Origin: Octopus sinensis
Taxonomy: Eukaryota
Reading direction: 5' to 3'
Length of the DNA: 64,000 nucleotides
NCBI RefSeq assembly: GCF_006345805.1
Contig: NC_043003.1
Span: 96,472,001-96,536,000 of the forward strand
Shown: positions 1-12,100 of the stretch, piece by piece
Numbering within the stretch: position 1 is the stretch's first letter
How the letters are laid out: each line of letters opens with the position of its first letter
Made by a program: the position numbers and the translations under genes
Notes under the pieces: generated by a model
The model's database searches: none
Told to the model about the DNA's origin: nothing
What the model saw: the letters and a program-made list of their open reading frames with translations, nothing else

Positions 1-39
1 CTATTCCTGGAGAGTCAAATCTTGTCTCACTTCCCACCA

Positions 40-203
40 TATATACATATATACACACCTATGTACATAAATACATACATACATACATATGCACACACAC
101 ACACTTAGGCACACATGAACACACATATATATTTATATATACATACATACACATATGTATATGATATATACACACACTCATATATATATATATATATATA
201 TAT
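40..203. repeat. Compound (CA)/(TA)/(TACA) microsatellite
   Basis: Direct reading of low-complexity dinucleotide and tetranucleotide tracts. Confidence 0.9.
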
Positions 204-360
204 GGAGTGGCATTTATATTTTGTATTAAATAGATGAATGATGACAAATTGGTAATTGGTTCCAATTTAAGTTTTGTATTTAAAAAAAATATATGAAATA
301 GAGTTGATCTAGTGTTATTTTTTCTAATTTATTTCTGGAGGTTTTTAGCATTTTTTATCA

Positions 361-560
<200 letters not shown>

Positions 561-2185
561 CAGTTGCGGCCAAAATGTTCAGAACGGCATTGTTTTCACC
601 AGAAAAGTAGGTATAAGTTTTTATCAAAGTTGTTTTAGTTTCTATAATTTTCACAGACAATAAATACAATATTAATTGTTATGTCTGAGATTTTGGTGTA
701 ATTTGAGAGGGTAATACAAAAGTTATGGATGATTTAGTGATTTACTGTAAAACCCATGGCGGCCAAAATGATCAGAACGGTTGCTTTTACTCCGTGTTTT
801 AGTATATTTAACCGGCGAACTCTAATATTTTGAATTTGTTTACGTGATGGTTCGTTTACTAAACATTAGTAAGAATATCTGCAGTGTACTTTGTTAATAT
901 AATGCCACTTACTCCGTTACCAATTCGTCAGCAGATTATTAAGCTTCGAAAGAAGGATAATTTAAGTATTGGGTCTATTGCAAAGATTGTTAACAAGTCA
1001 AAAAGTGTTGTTCACGGTATTCTTAAGGTCTTCGATGATTGTGGTTCGTGTGAAGCAAGAAAGTCTACAGGTAGGTCAAGAAAAACGACCAAGAGAGAAG
1101 ATTGTGCTATGGTAAAGTTGGTTAAAAAGAACAGATTTAAAACTGCTGCTGTTGTTTCTTGGGAAATGAGCATTGTACTGAAGAAAACGTTATCTCGAAA
1201 AACTGTGTCTCATCGTTTAGTTGAACATAACCTACAAGCAAGATCACCTGCAGTGAAGCCACTGACCAGCTCCAAAAATAAAAAGTGTCATCTTACCTTT
1301 GCAACCGAACATGTGTTGTGGTCTCAAGAAAAATGGCAAATGGTGCATTTCAGTGATGAATCTAAGTTTATGTTATTTGGGTCAGATGGGAAAAGGTACG
1401 TTCGTTGAAAAGTGGGTGAAAAATTGTCGCCTAAATGCCTTAAGACTAGTGTTAAATTCGGTGGAGGAAGTGTCATGGTTTGGGGGATGATATCTGGAGA
1501 TGGTGTGGGCCCTTTGCTGCAATTACATGGAAAGGTAAATGCAAGAGTTTATAAACAACTTGTAAAAGATCATGTCTTGCCTGTGCTGAGAAATTCAACT
1601 AAGCGACCACCCATATTCATGCAGGACAATGCCCCATGTCACAAGGCTAAGGTGGTCATGAATTTCCTCAAGGCTGAAAAGGTTATTGTTATGGATTGGC
1701 CTGCTCAAAGCCCAGATCTCAATCCTATTGAAAATGTGTAGAATATTCTAGGAGAACGTTCGAAAGCCAGAAATCCTAAAACAACCGAGCAATTATGGAA
1801 TGCCCTTCGGGAAGAATGGAATAAGATCACCCAGCAAGAAATTGAAAATTTAATTTCCTCATGCAGTCAAAGATGTCAAAGTGTGATTGAAGCTAAAGGG
1901 CTTCACACTAAATATTAAATAATTCCAGTATTCTCTGTCATTTTTGATTATTTTGTTATTTTTTCAACCGTTCTGATCATTTTGGCCGGTATGGGTTTTG
2001 CAGTAAATCACTAAATCATCTATAACTTTTGTATTATCCCCTCAAATTAGAACAAAATCTCAGACAATAATAATTAATATTGTATCTATTGTGTGTGAAA
2101 ATTATAGAACGCAAAACAACTTTGATAAAAAGTTATATCTACTTTTCTGGCGAAAACAATGCCGTTCTGAACATTTTGGCCGCAA

Positions 2186-2188
<3 letters not shown>
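561..2188 (+). mobile_element. Full-length Tc1-family DNA transposon of IR-DR type (about 1.63 kb)
   Basis: TA flanks at 559-560 and 2189-2190. Long TIRs at 561-783 and 1965-2188 begin CAGTTGCGGCCAAAATG. Each TIR holds two direct repeats, CGGCCAAAATG(T/A)TCAGAACGG, one outer and one inner. A transposase frame lies between the TIRs. Confidence 0.95.
902..1918 (+). pseudogene. Tc1 DD34E transposase, 338 codons, inactivated by two nonsense codons
   Basis: One frame runs from ATG 902 to TAA 1916-1918. Motifs: paired-like HTH with GRSRK linker, FSDESKF, QDNAPCH, SPDLNPIEN; D-to-E spacing counted as 34. In-frame stops are TGA 1406-1408 and TAG 1739-1741, the latter where W is expected in ENVW. Confidence 0.93.

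Positions 2189-2278
<90 letters not shown>
2189..2278. repeat. (TA)n microsatellite
   Basis: Direct reading; abuts the right TIR of the Tc1 element. Confidence 0.95.
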
Positions 2279-2786
2279 GACAAATTTCTATTTCATTTTG
2301 TAAGATATTTTAAAATATTCACTTAGATTCTTAATATTCACAAAGATTCTAAACCCCTTAGATTATTTATGTTCCCTGGTACATCATCATCAGCAGCAGC
2401 AGCAGCAGTGTCATTTAATATCCATTGTCCATGCTGGCATGGGTTGGACAGTTTGACCAGGGTGGACAAACTGGAAGACTGCACCAGACTCCAGTCTGAT
2501 TTGGCATGGTTTCTATGGCTGGATGCCCTTCCTAACTTGTTCTAAAATATTCAACAACTGTTCCATTGATCATGTCATCCATTCTATTTTTCTGTTATTA
2601 GGAAGATTCAGTGTCTATATTCTCAAGAATCTTGATAACCTTTACATTTAATAGTATTAGTGATGATCATATAATTTCTTTGTCCTCACATTTCATAATT
2701 TATTTCAAATTTTTTTAAGAATTTAATCTATTGTGAAGAATTTCTGTAATAAAATTTAAAAACTTAAATAAATTTAACTTTTTCAG

Positions 2787-2886
2787 ACATTTTGTATCCT
2801 CCATCTTCTCTTATGGTTATGTATAGTCTTCAGGATTGGCTGGCATGCCCCCAAATTGCATCGACATGGAGTCCCAGCACATGTTG
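2787..2886 (+). CDS. 4TM gene, in-window exon a (TM1)
   Basis: tttttcag acceptor, gtaagt donor; TFCILHLLLWLCIVFRIGWHAPKLHRHGVPAHV; ends in phase 1. Confidence 0.75.
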
Positions 2887-5800
2887 GTAAGTATAAGAAG
2901 TGGAGAAAGTTTTTTAATTATTCTTCAATATAAAATTTATATTAAGACCTAAACAATAAATAAATATAAACAAAATAAATAAATAAATAAATAGAGAAGC
3001 CAAAATATTCTATCTGCTTTATGTTCAAACTATCCAGTCCTGGCCCCTCACACCTGTCCTACGTCAATCTAAAAATAAATTATTACTCCATCATCAAAAT
3101 CTTGAAGCTATGGGATAATACACAATTAATTCAAAACGATGCGAAGGAAAAAGAATTACATCTAACAGAATAATCTGAATGCTAAAGGTTTAAAAGAGTT
3201 TGTTTTGACCAAATTTCCATCTTCAGAATCATATATGATCTGCTCAACAGCCTTTTTTAAGTTTCTGTCAACCAAATTCAGTCACAAAGTTTTGGTCAGC
3301 CTGGGGCTATAGTAAAAGTCACTTGCCCAAATTGTTATGCAATGGGACTGAATCTGAAACCACATGGTTGGGAAGCAAATTTCTTAACCACACAATCATT
3401 CTAGTGCCCATAAAAAAACCTATAGTTCTTCCTTCTTAGACTATTTAATAAAAAAAAAAACAACTATTTCCTAGCCACCATAATCACCATTGCTATGACT
3501 GAAATAGATAATATATATTGTTCCAAAGCAGTGTAGTACTAGAGTCAATTAATTTTCTGGTCTCAGTCTGCTGGTCTGAAATTAAATTCAACTTCACAGT
3601 TGAGTTGTTAAAAGTAAGAAAGTAGTACTACAAAACAAAAACTACAATGAAAGCCTTTATGCAGACTTTTAGAAACAGCAATGAAATGATCTTAAAATAT
3701 AAAAGAGCACATTTACTATAGTTAACTTCAATACAGCATTTTTGAAAAAGTAGGATGGTCATTGATGGAATGTCTTTACTCATTTGTCTACTTTGGCATC
3801 ATCTAGTGCTAAACAAATATTGCTTTCCATTGTTTTTGCGGATTCTCATGACTTTGTTGCCATCCAATTCCATTATTATGAATTTGAATTGGAAACTTGG
3901 GTCATAGTGAATCTTTCATTAGCTCCTTACACAACCATGACCACCACCCCTATGGATCCATTGCTGTTACTCTCTTGACAGAGCTTGGTGATCCTGACCA
4001 TTGATCTTCTAGGATTCCTCTGTTCAACATCAACGTAAGAACTGTTGGCTCTTCTGCTACCTCTTCACAATTCACCATACTGCAGTCCCATGTCTTCACC
4101 GTATCTCTGGCAGGGTGGTTGAACAGATGCTACGCCTAGCCAGAGAACAGCCTATAACAATGCAGGGCATGGTTGTCACTCTGAGTCATTTTCAGAACAC
4201 CTGCATACAAATAAAACAAGCATTCAAACATACAAAAGCAATTACAGGAATAGCAGGAAGAATGCACCCCACACCCAACATCATATGTGTTCTGTGTGTG
4301 TGTGTGTGTGTGTGTGTACGCGCGTGTATGTGTATACAGGGTGCGATGAGTAAATTGTTGCAATTTTATACTTTTAATTTCACACATGTGCATTGTTTTT
4401 TTTTTCGGTTTTTGTCGATTACACAGGATAGTAGGGTCAGTTGGGCACTGTCTGTGAGAAAAAAACAGCAGCATGATGCAATTCACACTGCCAGAAATTA
4501 GGAAACAACATGCTGTACTGCTTGACATTTGTGCCGGAAGCTCTAATAAGAACAGATGGTGAACACAAAGGACATTTCTTGACTTGCCGTGTCCACAAAA
4601 CATATACTGAGCATGATAAAAATCAAACTTCCAGTTAGCATCATGGTGTTTGGAGTGATCACTAGTGATGGCGATGTAATGCCTCCATTCATCTTCCCAC
4701 AAGGCCTCAGATTCAACATGGAGGCCTACATCAAGTGCCTGGAGGAGGTAGTGCTGCCATGGGTCAAGAGGGTGGCTGCTGAAAGATTCTATGTCTAGCA
4801 ACAAGACTCTGCACCATGCCACACAATCAGGAGAACCCAGGGTATATATTTCCCAACCACATAGTTCCAGGTTCAGTCCCATTGTATGTCACCTTGAGCA
4901 AGTATTTTCTTCTATAAACTTTGGCCAACCAAGGCCTTGTGAGTGGGTTTGGTAGATGGAACCAAAAGAAGTCTGTCATACACACATACATATACGTATG
5001 TATGTATGTATGTATGTATGTATGTATGTATGTGTGTGTGTGTGTATGTATGTATGTGTGTGTGTGTGTGTATGTATGTATGTACCTATGTATGTATGTA
5101 TGTATGTATGTATGTATGCATGTATTTAAGTGTGTATGTATGTAAATATCCATGTGCATGTGTGTGTGTGATTCTTTGTATTTATGTTTGACCCCCACCA
5201 CTGCTTAACAACCAGTGTTGGTTTGTTTACATCCCCCATATCTTAGCAGTACAACTGATAAATAAGCACTTAGTGGATTTATTTGAGTAAAAGTCTTAAA
5301 GGCACTGCCCCAGTATGTGCAGTCCAATGACTGAAACAAATAAAAAATAAATAAAAAAGATAACAATAAACGCATTTAAGATTTTTTTCCGTTTTTTGCA
5401 GCTATTTCGCAGTTAAGTACTGTTGGTTCAATTTCTGATTCCATCTGCATATTGGTAACATTTGGTGCAATGTTTGGACTAACTAGAGTAAGTATTCTTT
5501 TATTCTGCTATTCTTTTACTTGTTTCAGTCATTTTTGACTGTGGCTATGCAGGAGCACCACCTTAAAAGGATTTTTAGTCAAAAAAAAATCAACCCCAGA
5601 ACTTATTCTTTGTGAGCCTAGTACTTATTCTATTGCTCTCTTTTGCCTAACAGCTAAGTTACAGGGATGTAAACGCACCAACATCACTTGTGAAGTGATG
5701 GTGGGCAAAGTCATACATACACACACACATATATACTATGGGCTTCTTTTAGTTTCTATCTACCAAATCCACTCACAATTCTTTGGTTGGCCCGATGCTA

Positions 5801-6160
5801 TAATAGATGATACTTGCCCAAGGTGTCATGCAGTGGGACTGAACCCAGGACCAGGTTTGTTAAAGGATAATGAATGAAAACCCATGTTTCCAGAGGTGAA
5901 TTATTCAAGCCCCAAAGAATTTCCTCTCAACACATGGCTATGATGCTACCCTGCTATGATCAGAGATGCACATGTCATCAGCCACTAAGGGACATGGTTA
6001 ACTGATTAAGGTTAAACAACTGACAAACAAATTTGTGGGTATTGAGCAGAATATTTGCTGTAGCCCATATTTTATACCAAGACAAAACATGTACATGTTA
6101 ACACTTCCAATCAGTTAAGATTAGAAGCCATAAGAGCCACTGCCTGGTACTGCATCTTCA

Positions 6161-6228
<68 letters not shown>

Positions 6229-6368
6229 GAAAAAAACAGAAGAGTGCCATTGTCATCAAGTGAACAATATTTTGACATCTCATGTGTCTGTGTGTCTTCC
6301 ACAGGTTAAAAAATAAACTTGTCAATCTACTTCATTTTGGTAATGTTTATAGGAGTAACCTCAATCCT

Positions 6369-6429
<61 letters not shown>

Positions 6430-9096
6430 TCATAGCCATGTGTTGAGAGGAATTCTTTGGATAATTCACCTCTGGAAACATGGATAATTTTAAAAATGAG
6501 AATATCTGAAATAATTTCGACTGCTCTCACAAATGAGACTACTAAATGTGAACCCAACCGCTCTCAAAAATTAAGTAAAAAAAAAAAAAAAAAACAAGAA
6601 AAAAACGGCAAAATAATTCAGAATCCTTGTCCAGTACCTGATCGATCCCAATGGTGGTCATGGAATGTGAAGGTGGGTGTGCAGGCCATGTTTGTAATGC
6701 AGTGAGCCTGTCGTCTGCAGTGGGACCAGGGTCAGTTTTCTCTATGAAGGCTTTTTTTAGTCTATCCACTGATATAGTGTCTTTATGACCATTAAGGTCT
6801 ATAGTGAAAAATTTATCCATGCATGATAAAAAATGGAAAGGACCTGCATACGGTGCTGTTAATGGAGGTTTAACAACATCATTGCTCACAAAAATGTGAA
6901 TCCAAGAAGTGGAAATACAATTGTCAAGTAGGTAAAAGGTTTTAAATAGGAGCGATATATTTAAAATTGGTAAAATTGTCGAGGATAAATTGAATTTATT
7001 ATTGTTACTGAATATGTTAGTATTATTTAGTTTCTGAACGGTTTTGCTGCCGTTTGTTTATGCAGTTTGATTTCTTTATCCATCAGTTTCTACTAAGATA
7101 GAGATGTGAGTAAAATTAATAATAAAGAAACAAAAATAAAACTTTGGAAACAGCAATGCTGCCATAACTTACATGGAAACCATGAGCATGCTTTCAAGGG
7201 AGATAATCAGAGAAAGACTTGAAAGTGAACTTAAGATCATAATACTTCATGTAAAGTAAAGTAAATATAACAAATAATCCAGAATCGATCCCCAAATCTA
7301 ATCATTTTGTGTCAGTCACGAGGCCAAATATCTCTGAAAGTTTCATCCGAATCCATCCTGTGGTTCTTGAGATACCTTGTTCACAAACAAACAAACAAAC
7401 AAACACAACTGAAAATAATACCAGCGCCTTCGCTAAGGGGGAGGTAATAATGATAACGAGCATATGGTATATATTGCTTGGATGCACTACAACTTTTTGC
7501 AAAATGGTAAAAGAGGTGACAGAAAAAAAAACAAGTGAAAAAGGGCAGCAATGAAAAACAGAAGTATATAAACAGTACATGAAATAATAGACAAAAAGAC
7601 AGAAAAGTGGACAGTGAAAGTGCCATAAAAGGAAAGAGTGCATAGGAACATCTAGAATAGTGTTTGTCAAATTTCAGGAAGCAGTTAAAATCTAACGTGG
7701 GAAGTTTAGTGTATGTATCAACAATTGTGAGTGTGAAAAAATCTTTCTGAAAGCCATATATATTATATCATTTATGAACATATCTACAAATATCTATTAT
7801 AATACCCAATATTGTATTTATTATCTCCACCTTAGCGAAGGCGGAGATAATAAACAAGGTATTGTCCTCAGTCGTGTTTGTGTGTTTGTTTGTTTGTCCA
7901 TGGACAAGATATCTCAAGAACCACTGGATGGATTCTGATGAAACTTTTATGGATGTTTGGCCTTATGACTGGCACAAATTGATTAGATTTTGGGATCGAT
8001 CTGGTACCAGACAAGGATTCTGTATTATTTCTCCTGTTTTTTTTTTACTTAATTTTTGAGAGTGGCTGGGTTTAATTTTTGTATTCTCGTTTGTGAGAGC
8101 AGTCGAGTTTATTTCAGATATTCTCATTTTAAAAATCATCCCTGGCTAATCGTTGAGAGGATGTTGGTGTTGCCTTGGCAGAGGTTTGTGCTCTCCGAGT
8201 GCTCTTGTTATAGTACATATTATAGTATCTGTTATAGTATCTATTATAGTACTCACTTTCCACTATAACTATTAAGGTACAAATTATAGTACCTGTTATA
8301 ACACTTATAGTATCTATCATAATATTTATCATTTTATCTATTATAGTATCTATTACAGTATCTACCACTCTGTGGATCATAGTATTTTAGTAGCTGTTAT
8401 AGGTTTAAATTAATAAATGTACTTGGAATTACTTTAGATTAAAATATCTTGTGTGTATAACCTTATTAATGTATATACAAACAGTTGAAAGTGACATATG
8501 TGTTAAAAACATACAGCTTTGCTCAGAAAACTGGTGGCTCACTAGACACAGTGTTTCAACCTCATTCGGTCTCCTCAGTAATGAATATCTAGGACATTAT
8601 GGCTCAACCAATATTAATCAATAAATAAAACATTCACTGATTAGTGTGAAAGCTAACCAAGATAGAAACAGCCTTAAATCAAAATACCAGTGTGTCTAAG
8701 TTTATAGGGTGTACACAGATGTGGAGTAGCATTAGCTGGGATATTTTCTCTCAGAGAAATTTCTCAAAAAGACTTGCATGGTGGTGGTGGTGGTGGTGGT
8801 GGTGGTGGTGGTGGTGATTTTGCGAAAATGAAAGAACATTCTTTGTATTATCTTTTACCATTTATTTTTCTGTCTTTTACTTGTCTCAGTCTCGGTCATT
8901 AGACTGTGGCCATGCTGGGGCACCACTTTGGAGAATTTTTAGTGAAATGAATTGACCCTAGTATTTATTTTGTTTTAAGCCAGGTGCTTATTTTATCAGT
9001 CCATTTTGCCAAACTGCTAAGTCATGAGTATGTAAACACCCCAACACTGGTAGCCACACAGTGGTGGTGAACAAACACTGGCACAAAGACACATGC

Positions 9097-9134
<38 letters not shown>

Positions 9135-12100
9135 TATATTTATATGTAGTTAAGCTTATGTCTGGTCATAGAGTGACCAATGGTTTTGTATCCACAAAAG
9201 GCTTATCCCCGTAGATGGCTCGTCAGACTCTAAAGCTGAAGACAAATGTAACTCTTCATCACTGAGAGGCAGGAATCTGTTATGGTCAGTTGATCAGTAA
9301 GTTACCAAAGAATAAACATTTCAGGCCAGTGAGGATGGGTTATCTCCTTTAAACCAGTTCATCTGGGCCAAGAGGGGAACGGAATATTTTCCCTTGGGTT
9401 GCATTTAGTTCATAAGGACCTTTTCAGGTTTAATTGGAGAACAGAAAATCCAATGCTTGCAGCAGGTAGCCTTTGAAATGGAAGCAGGGACAGTAAATTT
9501 CCTGACAAGTATTCAGTGATCAAGGTTTCAAGGAGTCTTTGAGGATCCTTGCTCACTCAGCTATACAAAGCTTGCAGCCTCTGCTCCCATTAATGTAGGG
9601 CCCCAGCTGCCCTGATATCATATGGGTCCCTTCATCATTGAGGTGTCATCTTTCTGGAATCCTGAAAGAGGACCTGTGGTTGTACAGGCGCTGCTTGAAG
9701 GCCATCCCAGCGGGCCCAATATATTTCCAGGCTTGGGTGTTGGTTGTGCCACATTTCTAGTGCATCTCCTGTTGGCTCTGGGCCCAGAGGTGTTGTTCTT
9801 AATTAAGTTGCTATTTTGAACAAAAATAAACAAGAAATTTTTATAGAAGGTTTTAATTTAAATAACTTTAAAACATGAAGTTTGAATCATAGAACCAGGG
9901 TGAACTCAGACAAGTTGGTATCAAAAGGGCGAAATCTTAAATCTTCAAATCCTAAAACTTGTTTAATAAATTTAAGATAAATACAAGATGTTAATGGAAA
10001 AATTCTTTGGCAGATTTATACCAACCTGAATCTACCTAACAAAAACAAATTGTAGTTGTTTTTGTTGGGTATCCCAAATAATTATTTTAACACTTTAGAC
10101 ACTGATAATACTTAGTATTATAAATAAGATATTGAAGAGAGGAGTAGACTGCAATAACCAACTTCCAATTATACCTTTAAATTTTTGTTTAAACTTCTTG
10201 TTGTTGCATTTTTGCATGACTTTAAATTTTATCAAGAATTTTTCATTAACTTTCCAGGATTATAAAGGACGTATTTTTCTGTTTATATGGGTTATTTTCA
10301 TGGTGTTCTACTTAATATTTGAAGCCCTCTTGAATTGTTGTTTCCTTTATTGGTCAGTGGAAAATAAACAATTAAAGGTAAGTATTATGTTATGATAATT
10401 ATTCAATGAATTGATAAATTAGTGATTAAAGGTCCAGTCAAATAACAAAAAAAAAAAAGAAAAAAAACCAAATACTATATTCTGTCTTTATTTTGTATGT
10501 ATGTCTGTATATGTGGGTTAGGTCAGTCCACATTAACCCATAAGGAACATGAGGTTGGTCTCCCAGATTTTCTGGTGTACATATTTCTCCTTGGATGGGA
10601 TGCCAGTCTGTTGCAGGATTGCTCATTTTTATCAGCTGAGTGGACTGGAGCAATGTGAAATGCAGTGTTTTGCTCAAGAAAACAATATATTGTTCAGTCC
10701 AAGAATTGAAACTGCAATCTTATCATGAGCCCAACACTCTAACCACTAAGACATGTGCCTCCACATGTCTGTATGTGTGATTGATAGTAGATCAATAGTT
10801 ATTGTTAACACTACTGCTAATTATAAACACTGTTCATATCACATCTGTATCATCATCTTCAAAACAGATACCCAGAGCTGGAGGAGAAAATACTTGGTAC
10901 TTGGTAGAGTTGTTCTATGTAGAATTTGAAAAAAACCTTACATGTTAATGTAGAGTATTGACAGCTGGAATTGCTGGAAGAAGTGAAGAAAGAGTTTGAT
11001 ATTAGAACAAATGAGGACCAAGAATTTAATAAAATATTAGTCCAGTGTAAACAGAAATAGAATTCTGTGTGATAGTTTTCAGTTTCTGCTTAGCAACTTA
11101 CTGCTCTGGAAGAGACAAAATATTATTGCGCTGTAAGAAATTCACAATCCCATAATTATCTAGATTATGACTATCAGATTATGTCTAAGCAAGGGATTAG
11201 AGATATGTGTGTGGATTAAAGGAACGTGAGAGATCATTCACTTATATTGTTTGAGTCATAGCATTTCAAAACAAGATGTTATTGGAAATACTGGCAAGGT
11301 TATATTTTGTAATTAGCACATATATCAAGACTAATTACATCTGATGCAATAACAAAATATAATTATTAACTTAGATGTTTATTAATTCAGTATAAAAACG
11401 GGACTAATCCTTCCCACCTTGTAAGTAGATATGTGCGTTTGTGTGTGTGTGTGTGCATGCATGTGTGTGTGCATGTGTGTGTGCATATGTGCATGCATGT
11501 GTGCATGTTTATATGTGAGAAAGTGAGACATCTGGATGAGTTTGGATGCATCATTAGCGATGTGACCTAGAATCAATGGGTATTGCAAGTCTTTTAACAT
11601 CATACAACTTCACTCAGGTACCCTAAGTGAGGTTGATCAGATCCTTACTAGGAGTTCAAAACCATCTGCTATGGATCAGCCCTATTAATTCAAAATCACA
11701 TGTGGATTTTCCTACAGCTTCACTAGAGGATTGAATGGCCTTCTTCCCTGTCACCTGTGTGAAACCTTGTTGATTAAGAGATTCACAGAGCCCTATAAAG
11801 CATCTACAAGCCACCTTTATAGACACATTGTTCTTCTTTTAAATTTCCTTTTAATATTTCTTCTTCCAAGTTTGGGTGTAGTTTCCTCTCATTAACTTCT
11901 TCAATATCCTACTTCTAAAGCACTGTAATTTCCATCAGGATCAGTTGTTTATCTCAGAAGTGATGAATATATCTGGCAAAAAAAAATGTTGCTTTCATAT
12001 TCTGAGAAAAATTCCTCTGCTTGCTAAGATCAGTGTGTGGTTGCCTGTCAAATGATGTGTTGAGGAGACTCATCCTTGATTTTTAATTGTAGATGGAGTA

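Noticed and set aside
2834-2886. Alternative acceptor (cttcag) that would join directly to exon c
   Set aside because: The full 2787-2886 exon plus exon 5402-5487 gives a continuous frame with TM1 and TM2; the shorter option loses both helices.
7031-7105. Apparent exon (tttag acceptor, gtgagt donor) in the 4TM gene intron
   Set aside because: It has stop codons in all three frames. It could only be a poison cassette, and nothing in the sequence supports its use.
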